In this document: positions 12,901 through 23,998 of the stretch, one piece after another
Layout: every line of letters starts with the position of its first letter
Position numbering within the stretch: the first letter of the stretch is position 1
Source of the DNA: Wickerhamiella versatilis
Lineage: Eukaryota
Direction of reading: 5' to 3'
DNA: 64,000 nt
Assembly (NCBI GenBank): GCA_030867685.1
Contig: JAQOWU010000003.1
Location: 124,001 to 188,000 of the forward strand
Translations under genes and position numbers: made by a program
Notes under the pieces: generated by a model
Told to the model about the DNA's origin: nothing
The model's input: the letters and a program-made list of their open reading frames with translations, nothing else
Database searches by the model: none

Positions 12901-13783
12901 AGGAGAGATATTCAGCTATTCTCCTGATATGGGTAAAGCTCTAGCAGCAGCAGCAAATATATACTCCATTGAAAACGTAGTTCCTGTTATAGACAGTGAC
13001 ACACAAGAGGGAATAGTATGCTCTCAAGACTCATTTCTTGGTGATATTGAACTGAAAAATGTGTATTTCAGTTATCCAATGTGACCTGATATCCCTGTCC
13101 TTCGTGGAGTTTCTTTAAGTGCGGGACGTGGACAATATATTGCACTCGTTGGATCCTCTGGCTGTGGAAAGTCAACAGCGATCGGTCTTTTAGAACGATT
13201 CTATGATGTCATAGATGGAAAGATTCTCCTTGATGGTATTAACATTACTGAATACAATATTCAGTTCTTGAGGTCTAACGTGGCACTAGTCGAACAAGAG
13301 CCAGCGCTTTACAGTGGCTCCATACGGGAAAATATAGTAATGGGCTGGACTGGTGATGATTCAGATGTGACGAGTGAAATGATATTTGCAGCAGCACAGA
13401 AGGCGAACATGCACGATTTTGTAATGAGTCTTCCTGAAGGTTATGAAACAAAACTGGGCTATCATGGTACAAGTTTGAGTGGAGGTCAGAACCAGAGAAT
13501 CGCTATAGCCCGAGCGCTAATAAGAGATCCAAGGGTTCTCTTGCTAGATGAAGCAACGTCTTCGCTGGACTCTGATTCAGAAGTAGCCGTACAGAAAGCA
13601 CTGGATGAAGCAGCGAGGGGAAGGACTACAATTGCAGTAGCACACAGAATATCAAGTATTCAAAATGCAGACATAATATATGTGTTGCATAATGGTGTGG
13701 TGGTGGAACAAGGTACTCATGCCAGCCTTCTTTCCAAAAAAGGCAGATATGCTGATCTGGCTTCTCGTCAAGCCCTTGTATGA
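9950..13783 (+). pseudogene. Full-length ABCB/MDR1-type exporter interrupted by one in-frame TGA (13082-13084)
   Basis: TMD-NBD-TMD-NBD layout; NBD1 GSSGSGKS/LSGGQKQR/LLLDEATSALD. After YPM* the frame continues PDIPVLRGVSLSAGRGQYIALVGSSGCGKST and joins ORF 13268-13783 in frame. Likely ATG 9950. Confidence 0.88.
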
Positions 13784-14110
13784 CGTGTAAACTGTGAGCT
13801 ACCGCTAGTAACAGTAATTTACTTCTCTATTACCGGCTTAAAAAATCTACTATATATTCACATTATAATGCTTGAATGAATTTCAATCGAATAGAGCAGA
13901 AATACTTCCCTCGAGCTCGCCATGATTCAAAACATACGAATGGGAATAATGATCAATGGGCACAGGCTTTGAATCCAAAAAAAACAAAAAAAACAGAAGT
14001 AGCTAAATTTGGCCAAATCACCTTGGTTGAAAATTGGTGTTAAACTGAGACTTCATTCCTATAACAAGATACAGCTATATTGTTTCTAAAGGATGAAGAA
14101 TCTAAGTATT

Positions 14111-14479
14111 TTACTCCTCAGAAACCAGGCCCCAGCAGATAACAGACTCCATACCGGACAAGTCACCAGACGGAAGTTTGGTGATGGCATCGACAAGCTC
14201 ACCCACCTCAACGTAGGTAGAAATGTCTGTGAACCTCTCGAGGATCCGTCTAGCATCGTCGGTGAGATTGGTTGCCTCCTTCAGCATTTTAGGGATTTCA
14301 GTTGGGAGACTTGCAATTTTTTCAACAAGAAGAGCAGGAACGTTACACGAAGCATCACCAGCTGTAAAAATTGGGCTCACAGCAAACAGAGGAGAAGTTG
14401 TAGAAGCTTCAGTGGACGTAGCAGTCGGAGAAGCGGTGATGGTAGCGAAAAGAGTAAGAGCGGTTGCAAGCATGTTCAT
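14111..14479 (-). CDS. Small putative secreted protein (122 aa), unknown function
   Basis: Hydrophobic N-terminus (MNMLATALTLFATITA), Ser/Thr-rich linker, helical body with two Cys. Confidence 0.55.
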   Translation of the reverse strand: MNMLATALTLFATITASPTATSTEASTTSPLFAVSPIFTAGDASCNVPALLVEKIASLPTEIPKMLKEATNLTDDARRILERFTDISTYVEVGELVDAITKLPSGDLSGMESVICWGLVSEE

Positions 14480-16591
14480 TTTGGATGATGCTATAGTAGG
14501 TGCTACTCGCCGGAATTTATAATTTTCGAATTATAGGGATGATCGTAATCGTTAATAATATTTCTCAAATAACTGCATATGCGGTGCACGAAACCCCGTA
14601 CCCCCATGCTGAGTAAGACGTTTTCTGCAAGATGGGGTTCACAAAGAAAATAATAAAGTTGGAAAACAAAGGTTCTGTGGTATTTACTTTAGAAAATAGG
14701 AAAAGATCCCCTTTTTCTCTCTCACCTCATATTAATCTCAAGTAGCTGGGGTACTGTTAAACGGACATCCATGGGTAAAAATATGTTTTAAGATCAAATC
14801 TTTCTTTCTATATATTGGACTCCGCGGATATACGATAACCCAAGAATTTCAAGTTCTAGTACATACTCTAGAAGGCCACAATACAATATAATGCAGGGTA
14901 CAACCCTTTTACGCTGTCCAATCAATTAGATCTTATGACAAAGACTAGTGCATTCCCGTTATTTATGTTCTGAATAGAAGTGAAAGGCAGATGTATAGAA
15001 ATGTGAAACGGAGTGTTCCCAACTTTAACGTGAGACGGCTGCAAATGCTCGGGATAGAAAGTATTTTTTTAGAGGGGATCGGTCTCTTTCATCTCTTACG
15101 AGGCACTGTGAGTTAGTTACTAGTAATTTTTGCTTTCCACTTTTCCAAAAGATTTTACTTATGGGTATTATCACGTATAGGCATATATTTATTACTTTTT
15201 ATCGTAGCTGAGATAAAATAGATATGGAACACTCATTTAGCGATAAGTATAGGTTGTCTGGCTTTAATGTTCCAATATAAGACGAAGTGAGTTAGAATGT
15301 TGTGTAGCAGACCATAAAACTTGTAATTCTTGCATCTGTCCATGTTAATTAGTGGCATACTCTTAGCAAATGTGGCTGAGTGTCCTGCATACGAAAGGTT
15401 AGGTGATAATATAAGCGGGCCAACAGAGATGGACAAACCAGTACAGATGAGAGAAGAGTTGTAAATTAAATGGACCCAAATTTGCCAGCTAAAAAGCAAC
15501 AAATGAGAAACAGCGGCAATCATGAATGAAATTTTTCGAGACATACTGTAAGACCAGTAGTGGGCTAGCTTTTCATATAAAGAAAAGGAGAACTTCTTGG
15601 CGTACTTTGATATGGATAAGCAGGAAACATTTAGAAAATAATTTAAGCAAAACTTTTGTAAAAGTGATGTGCACGGATCTCGAACTACCTCTGCCGCAGT
15701 CACAAGTGAACCAATACAAAAAAAAATTCTAACAAAAGCCTGAGTTTTTGTTATTTTTCTCACTTGACTAACTTAGATTCTTTTGATAGGTCAGGATAAC
15801 AGTATTTACCAAAATCATGGGAATAGCTGAAGTACTAGAGAATAACTAGGGCTGAGATGACTGCCTAGGCTGGCTGGTGTTGACTGCGATATAGCAAACA
15901 ATAGATATAAAACTTTATCAGCTTCTCCAGCCGTTTAGAGGTTCCTACCTTTTTATTCTATCATATGTATACTTGTAACGATTGTTGGAAAGGTCTCCAA
16001 CGGGTTTGAGACACCGATTTCGGCCTTCCACAGATGACATATGATAGGGTTATAACCCAAAGGTCCATCTTAATAGAAAAACAGCAATAGTTTTTCTACG
16101 AGCTCAGGAGGTAACGAATAATTTCTTAAACTGGCATTATGAATATATTAGGCAATTCAGTAGCTCTCACCTTTTATACAATTATAATACTCATAAAAGA
16201 TGACGGAAAACTACCGTATACCGTATTATATTTTCGAACAGGAGATGGTGCTGCTAAGAAAACGAATATTTCCAGCCACTTTGCCCCTAAAACAATTTGC
16301 TGCTACAACAAATTTGGGAGAATGTCACGTCCGAACACCTGCGTACGAAGCTAGAATGAAACAGAATAGGATGAAATAGAATTCGAAATTCTGCTGAGGG
16401 ATTTATTGGAATTCTAATAGAGTCTAATTAATGCTATATAGTATAGGTAATGGTGCTGGTGAGCCAGCAGTTGCCCATACTCTTCAATGATAGGCTGTCA
16501 CTAAACAGCATTACTAACACGCAAATCTGTCCCCAGATTTTGTCTCTCAACCCTCCCATCCCATCGGTGTTATCTGAAAGATCTCTGCGTG

Positions 16592-17719
16592 ATGAATTGG
16601 CAACTGTTGATTACAGGAATATGCTCTATTGTAGCTGCTCGACACTTTGAGTTCAGTCAAAGATCTCATAACTTTGGTAACGAGAGTCTATATGAGAGCA
16701 GTTACAGTACCAAAACTGGTGCGGTCTACCTGGCATCCTCTGTTGGAGGAGCGCCTGTCCATCTCTCTACCCTCATCAAATATGATGTCGACTCGTGGGG
16801 TCAAGTCCTCGCGATAACTCCTAACAGGTATGATGGTGAAAAGTATAGTCATAAAGCAGACTTGTACGCTGTTTATGGTATCAAAGTACACCAAGACACA
16901 GGTAACGTCTGGGTGACAAATTCCCGACAGGATACGTTAGCCGTATATGACGGTGATGATCTTTCCTTGATTAAGCAGTTTCCTGCAGGAGTCTCTGGCC
17001 ACAGCAGCTTCAGGGACTTGGCGTTTTATGGCTCCAACGTATATGTTGGAACAGAACCTGGGCTCATTGATGTTTTTGATTCGAGTTTGTATGAATTCAA
17101 GGGAAGCATCGATCTCAATACTACGGGTAGGTTTGGACACGTAATGCAAACATTTGTCGATGAGGATTCTGGTGTGCTATACACTGTAAGCTTTGATCCG
17201 GCCACAGCTGCGGCTGTTGACCTGAAGAACAATAATAAGGTTACACTTTATGATCTTGGGGAAGACGTCCAGGAATCCTCAGGCGTAGCTTTCGATAGTA
17301 AGCGTCAGCGTCTATTTGTTGTTTCTCAGGGTAACAAATTTGTACTTGTGATCGATACAAAGAGTGGAATTATTGTTGAGAAACTTTTTACCGGAGCCTC
17401 TGGTCTTAATGCAGTGTACGATCCATTTTATGATTTAGTGTATTATAACAGCCGAACTGAGGGAGTTACAGTTGTTATTGATGCTAATACCTTGGAGCCC
17501 ATTGAGACTTTGCAGAGTGGAATCAATTCAAACCAGGTATCCCTCGGTCCTAATGGTACGATTTTCGTGACTGTTCGTAATCGTGAACCACCAAACGAAT
17601 TTCATGCTTATACTCCAAAGCTTTTGTCAGGAGATGATAGCACGAGCAAGTATCACAACCCTGAACCCATTATTGATATTCGGAAGCTTGCAGAGGAGGC
17701 AGCTGATATGGCTATTTAG
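16592..17719 (+). CDS. Secreted YncE-family beta-propeller protein, bacterial type
   Basis: ATG 16592, signal-like N-terminus; repeated blades (YAVYGIKVHQDTGNVWVTNSRQDTLAVYDGDDLSLIKQFPAG, SGVAFDSKRQRLFVVSQG, GLNAVYDP) typical of YncE/YVTN-like proteins. Confidence 0.8.
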   Translation: MNWQLLITGICSIVAARHFEFSQRSHNFGNESLYESSYSTKTGAVYLASSVGGAPVHLSTLIKYDVDSWGQVLAITPNRYDGEKYSHKADLYAVYGIKVHQDTGNVWVTNSRQDTLAVYDGDDLSLIKQFPAGVSGHSSFRDLAFYGSNVYVGTEPGLIDVFDSSLYEFKGSIDLNTTGRFGHVMQTFVDEDSGVLYTVSFDPATAAAVDLKNNNKVTLYDLGEDVQESSGVAFDSKRQRLFVVSQGNKFVLVIDTKSGIIVEKLFTGASGLNAVYDPFYDLVYYNSRTEGVTVVIDANTLEPIETLQSGINSNQVSLGPNGTIFVTVRNREPPNEFHAYTPKLLSGDDSTSKYHNPEPIIDIRKLAEEAADMAI

Positions 17720-19216
17720 GTCTTAGTTCAATATATTTTGTGAGTAGTATCACGATGACCCGAAAAAGGGAATATCAAAGATACTTTGTGATTATTCAGA
17801 AGGCAAAAAAAAGATCTACCTAAAGCTGTACCACTTTGTCAACGTCGTTCTTCCTGGAGGTTTAGCTACGACTACCATGAATAAGCAAAGAATGGGCGAG
17901 TAGGTGTAGTATCAATCACAAGGTCACTGACTCCCTGAGCGAGATTGTACTCGTATGGGTTTAGCAATGTTTGATTGTAAACGAGTGTCATCAATCAAAT
18001 ATTGAAGAAGGCTACTATCGTATTGATGTATATCTAGAGGACCCTTCCTAACTGGAAAATACAGCTTAATATTCTCCTTAGTTACGGTCTGTGCTAACTT
18101 AATAGAGCAATAGAATCAAATCCCTGAGTCTTATAAAGACAATTGAAAATGAATGACCACAGGTGTTTTAGAGTATACTTTTCAATTAAATCTTTATTCG
18201 CAAGTTTCTATAGAGCACTGAAAAAATCATTTGCGAACTTTCAGCGAGAAGTCTCTACCCTAACTGACTACACGATCTTACATCTAGGAAAAAATTGTGC
18301 TGACCAAAAATACAGACAACTATGAGATAAGATATCGCCGTGGAGATTTTCACCATGCTGTCAGCAAGTATCTCAAGACTAATGACGATGGCACCTTAAT
18401 ATTATCCAGCATGGTAGGAAGGACAAATGAGCGAAGTATTGTACCACAAATGTCCTCAAGCACTTTCTAAACCTAGCGGTGTAGAAAAGGCTTGTACTCT
18501 AGGGCTTTAAGTGGCCACATACTATTAACATCTAGGAATCTGTTGATTATTACAACATAGAGTGGAATAAAGCTAACCCGCTTATAATCGCTAATCAATA
18601 GAACCTCGAAAGCTCCTTATGCTGGTATACTTTGTTGCAGAGTCGTCATCCACTGTTTTGGTGTAGAAATGATGCCTTTGATATGAGAGGAAGCTTTCGC
18701 TATGACAACCAGCTTCAATATTGTATTTCTGCTCTTATCTGAAAGTTGACTGTACTCGGCGACAATACCTGTAAGGGGACCCCAGCGTGACGTACTCGCG
18801 TGACAAGCGCCTCACCCCAATTTTCAGAATTTAAATGGCTATCCTTGAAGGGGTAAGACTATGATGGTCAAATTGCAATTTAAATTAAACTAATCAGATC
18901 AAAGCTATTGTTAAGATGGTTTTGTATTACACTTGTATAACTTCGAAAGAGCTTCCGATATCACCTCGCGCATCGCACTCCGATAAATATAGCAATCTAC
19001 TGATCATCCCATAAGTATAAAGACTGAATGACCAGTGTATAGTGCAAGAAGACAGAACTTCTGTGTCCAGACATACGGCATAGAATAGATATTTACTTAC
19101 AAAGCTCCTCAATCAGTGGGTATATCTATGACTTTTCGAGTTATCTGGCTTTAGTAAGAATAAAAAGTTCGGGTGTGATTTGTCATCGTTGCTTCGCCCA
19201 GAGGGTAGGCTGGTAT

Positions 19217-20488
19217 ATGCCTAATGAACAAGATAGTACTTTTCAAAAAGTGATTCAGCAATATCTGTATACCTCTCACTTCCTCTCAGCATGGAATGAC
19301 AGGGTATTTGAGTTTGGGTCCGTCTTATTTCTTGCGACTCGATACTCAGGAACATTACTTCCCGTATCCTTGTTTGCCATAGCACGTTATACACCATTCT
19401 CGCTATTCTCCTCCAGGATTGGCAGATATATAAATGATTCTGATCGCCTCCCACTTGTGCTTAACTCTATTATAGGACAGCGTCTTGCTGTCATAGTTTT
19501 CAGCCTGTTGCTGTTGTTTATCAACAACGGTTCTTATTCATCACTCGCCGTTTTTAGTTTTCTCGGGTGTGTGGAGAACATATACAGCACTATCAATACG
19601 ATTGCAATCGAGAGAGACTGGGTTGTGATTATTGCTGCCGGTGATGCTACGTTCAGAGGTGTGATCAATTCAAGAATGCGTTCTATCGACCTCTTTTGTA
19701 AGCTTGTGGGTCCTGCAGCAATCGGATTCTCCTCCGTTAAAAATGATACGTTTGGCATTATAGCAATGTTGGGAATGAGTTTGTGCTCTGTCGCTTTGGA
19801 GTACAGAGCTATTTCTTGGACCTATGCGATGGCTCCAGATCTCGCCCTGCGAGCTCAGGCAAACTCGATAACGTCCTCAAATGTGACCACAAGTCCAAGT
19901 ACAAGCTATTGGAGACATCCGATGCTACTACCTTCTTTGTCGCTAACATTCCTATATCTCACTGTACTGAGTTTTGGTGGGCAGTTTGTCACATTTCTAC
20001 TCGACAATGGGCTTAGTGAAGGCTTGGTTACGGTAATGCGAACAGGTTCGGTTGCTGTTGAACTTTCTGCCATTGTGACTATAATACCGAAGCTCATGAG
20101 ATGCATGGGACCAAGGATCGCTGGCTTAATCTTTGTCCACCTTGAATTTTGGGTACTATTAGCTGCATCTTTGTTGTTTTGGTATTCTAATGATTGTGTT
20201 AGACTTGCTTTGGGGGTTATAATATCACGTATAGGTTTGTGGGGTATTGACCAATGCGACACACTTATCATACAGGAAAACTTAGGGGAGCAAGAGCGAG
20301 GAAGCTTCTCGTCAACAGAAAAGGCACTTCAAAATACGGCATCGATCCTGATGTATGCATCCACAGCTGTGTTTTCCGATCCTGATCAATTCCGGTGGCC
20401 AGCTGCCATCAGCACTGGCTCTGTTGGTATGGCGGCTTTTCTTTTCAGCATTTGGTTCTTGAAGACTCGATCAGTGCAACTCCAATAA
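19217..20488 (+). CDS. Ferroportin (FPN1/SLC40) family metal exporter
   Basis: LYTSHFLSAWNDRVFEF, IAIERDWVVII, NSRMRSIDLFCKLVGP, LYLTVLSFGG, SRIGLWGID family motifs; ATG 19217. Confidence 0.92.
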   Translation: MPNEQDSTFQKVIQQYLYTSHFLSAWNDRVFEFGSVLFLATRYSGTLLPVSLFAIARYTPFSLFSSRIGRYINDSDRLPLVLNSIIGQRLAVIVFSLLLLFINNGSYSSLAVFSFLGCVENIYSTINTIAIERDWVVIIAAGDATFRGVINSRMRSIDLFCKLVGPAAIGFSSVKNDTFGIIAMLGMSLCSVALEYRAISWTYAMAPDLALRAQANSITSSNVTTSPSTSYWRHPMLLPSLSLTFLYLTVLSFGGQFVTFLLDNGLSEGLVTVMRTGSVAVELSAIVTIIPKLMRCMGPRIAGLIFVHLEFWVLLAASLLFWYSNDCVRLALGVIISRIGLWGIDQCDTLIIQENLGEQERGSFSSTEKALQNTASILMYASTAVFSDPDQFRWPAAISTGSVGMAAFLFSIWFLKTRSVQLQ

Positions 20489-22506
20489 TTACTCTTTGTA
20501 TCCTCTACGCCTCATGAGTGTATTAAATCTCCATCTGGAGGATTTTGTGCATGTATGTATATTTGTATTTTTTTTGTTTCTAATTATCGGACATCATCGG
20601 GCCCCACGTCTTTACCAATCAACACTCAACAAAATTTCTTGGCATGGTGAGTACGGGATCAGAATGCATCTTTCGTGATTGGTAAATATACCCAAATTAC
20701 TAACAAATAGCCGACTCAAACTCAAAGGGTTAGATATTGGTCATACTCCGTGAGAATACTAGTGAATATAAAAAAGATCCTACTTTGCTCACTTGCTCAT
20801 GTTTGCTGTTTCTTGTTGTAGTGAATCAGTCTGATATTGCGTACTTATATGCTTTTTCCAAAATGTGGAGTTCCTTGCAGCAAATCTTGGCAAATTCTAT
20901 ACCCTTACCTAGAAATATGCGCCTTGTTGGAAAACTACACAGTGATCACAAACAACGGCTCGACTTTACCTCATTGGCATAGTATATTTAGATAATTTAG
21001 ATAAATTCTAGTTTAAAAGAAAAGTCTCGATCTAGAGAACGCGTAGACCATTTTGTCGAACTCTTTACATCATGTAACAAACCGTTGATTGCTCGGAGGC
21101 CTAACCCAGACAGTGCCCAGCCCTAGCATACTTAGAGCATTTATCATAACGAAACCACATATAATACGGCACTAAAACACAAATAAGCTAGATTGAATAT
21201 GAATGTTCTCCGCCAATAATTATTTCGCATTTCTCGCTACCCCATATGAATGATATGCCACTGACATACGGATACCAGCTATTTTACGTATCCGCTCGGA
21301 GGTTGCGTAGCCCCCTCTGACATTCATGTGCTGCCTGCTTGCCATGCATCTTTCTCACTCTCAGTTTTATGCTAGACTCTTATAATAAATTTTAATCACA
21401 TTGAGGTGACTTAGATGCTGAACACGCCATATCGACAGCCCCAAATCCCAGTGCAGCTCCCCTGATACTTGAGCTTTTTCGATAGATATTAGCCATTTAA
21501 GTGATATAGTAGTGACATGAAATGTGCTAAGCATATTCTATTGTTCTTTTTGTTGATATTTTATTGTGCATACCTACTATGGCGTAGTTTTATATGTAAA
21601 GAGGAATTATCGATACATCAGGCTTCCAGTCAAATATCCTGAGTAATTAGAAATATAGCAAAATCACAAGTATACTGAGTTTTGGCTTGAAGATGCTTAT
21701 TGAACTCCATAAACGGAGAATCTCAGGATGCATAGTATCTAAAAACTATGAGATCGTAGATCACGACATGTTTCTACCATTGGGATGATACAAGTTCTCA
21801 TTCTGGTTGTCATAGAGAAGCCTAAAATTTGAGACTGGTTAGAAAATGCAAGATAGCCCACTGCAAAAGTCGTCAATGCGCTAATGAACTATTTCTTAAG
21901 GAGTCCCAAAACCTTAAGATGGTCTCGTACAGTGAAAGCTTTAAGATTCGGATGGAAACGCTTAAACTTTAAGAGATGTCATAAGCGTAGTGTTCGCAGA
22001 TCTGCTAGCGGTTTGAGCTTCCCTTTTACGAAAAATTGCTACCATTGGGAGAAGCCAGAAATGACAAGTGACTGCGGCAAGAATACTAAATGACAGTCTT
22101 AATTTCATGAATAGTAAGGTTGTATTACTACTGAAACAAGGTATGTGACAACGGCAAGCCGGAGGATTCAGATTATAACCATACTTGGGAGAATCGCATC
22201 ATCCATCACGGGATCGCATTGCTGTATAATTATTTGCACGAAGGGAGCCTGTCTTAATCTCGACTCCTACTGTTTCGTCAAACATAGCGTTTAATGATGC
22301 AATAGAGATCTTACTGGGTAGTTTGTCACTGGTTCGTAAGAAGAATTTAAAGTTAGAGAATACGTCAGTCAGGTGCGAGAATAAAACCGTTAGATCATAA
22401 AGCTAATTATCATCAAACTCGTAGAGAGCTGTAGCATCAGACTTAGTTGACCCAGTAATGGGTATTTAAACCCTTAGTCGATGGCCAGTAGAGCATCAAT
22501 CACCCA

Positions 22507-23028
22507 ATGTACTCTTCATCGCTCTTTATCATCGCTCTTTCATCTCTCGTTGCTGCTGATACACCCTATGGCAACAGCAAGAACAGCTACTCTGATCTTA
22601 GCGGGTATCAAGGCAGCATGATCAACCACCAGCAGGTCCAGGACACCCTGAACAACCAATTGAAGGGCAATGGTGATGTCCACGCTAATGCTGACCGTAT
22701 GGTCGCATATATCACAGGTGCAGACTCCCAAATCGATAACGCTATTGCTACTGTTTCCAAGGCACTTGGACCCATCACTGGCGGTCTTAGTGAGGCAATT
22801 GGAAATGTCTTGCTGGGCCCGTTTGTCCAGTCTGTGACAAATGGAGCTGAGGTATTCCTTGCTAACATGGTTGGCGGAGCTGCTGACCGCATTGATGCCG
22901 AGAGGGTTGGCCAATTGACCGGTAACTACTCACGTCTTGCTGAGCTTTCTAGCAAGTCAAATGTCGACACGTCGAAGCTGCAAGATCTCAACAAGCAAAT
23001 CCAGAACACTATGCCAAGATCTATGTAG
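22507..23028 (+). CDS. Secreted ~170 aa helical protein, divergent member of the 35189/58023 family
   Basis: Signal peptide; shares ITGADSQIDN and LLGPFVQSVTNGAEV...GGA with ITGTDSQIDN and LLGDFFQSVTNGVEV...GGGA in the other two copies. Confidence 0.85.
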   Translation: MYSSSLFIIALSSLVAADTPYGNSKNSYSDLSGYQGSMINHQQVQDTLNNQLKGNGDVHANADRMVAYITGADSQIDNAIATVSKALGPITGGLSEAIGNVLLGPFVQSVTNGAEVFLANMVGGAADRIDAERVGQLTGNYSRLAELSSKSNVDTSKLQDLNKQIQNTMPRSM

Positions 23029-23998
23029 GAAGGCTATCTAGCATTTTGCAATATGTATCAACTAGTAACTTTTTTTGTATAAATCCCTTCGAGGACCTGG
23101 CCTGTAATCGAATCCATCTATCACTTCTGTGATGCCAGATATGTTACAAATTGCTGCTGCCATCTTATTCTCGCATGAGCTATGAAGTCCGAACCATTCA
23201 TATAATTGCCTTTCTCGTAAACGTCTGTTATATGATACACTTGCGACATAATCATGCTCCTAAAAAGCCCCAAGTTGGCTATGAATGGTGCTATACATAA
23301 TACACCACTACAAGAAGCTACTTGAGAAACCTTTTTTGGCGTGAGGTGGGAGGTTTATTAACTCCAACCGCACTAGTCGCGACTCACTATATCGAGATTT
23401 TATTGCAGATGGAAAGATTAATTGAATGTTTTTCACTAAAAGGAGTGAGACTCACTCTCTGCCTAAAAGAACAAACTGTTTCTGGTGATCACTAGTGGTA
23501 TTTTCCGATAGCCATAACGGTGGTACACAGGGCTAGGGCTAGTTCACATAACTTGTAAGCGGGAAAGAGGTGCCTGCTGCATTTTTCATCAATTTCCGAA
23601 AGAGACCAATATTATTTTACTTAGACGCCCATGATATATTTAACCACCAATCTATTTGGCGAAAGTATACCTCTGAGGAGGAGTCGCGTCCCTGCAGGTG
23701 CCGCTCGCAGGTGCCGCTGACATGTGCATTCGGTTCGGCATTGAAGGCTCCGAGGATAAGAAATAGCACCTTAGCAATTCACCCGTATCATATCTATATT
23801 GACGACTTAAACTCCTATGAATGTCTAAAAGTAAGCTTCCGAACGAGACCGACAAAAATGAGCGAAGCTAGTAACAATTTCTGTTGATGCCGTGAGAGCC
23901 TGAGTTTTAGCCTTGATATATTCAAAATTTTCTAGGTCTCTTAAGACCTCACCGAGTCTGATCAGATCCGACAAAACCACTGCAGGAAAAAAATAAGT

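Noticed and set aside
13268-13783. Stand-alone ABC ATPase gene
   Set aside because: It is the in-frame continuation of the upstream ABCB gene after the TGA, begins at TTG and lacks its own Walker A.
15233-15763. 176 aa hydrophobic ORF
   Set aside because: Non-ATG start and no recognisable motifs; may be a decayed gene but cannot be supported.
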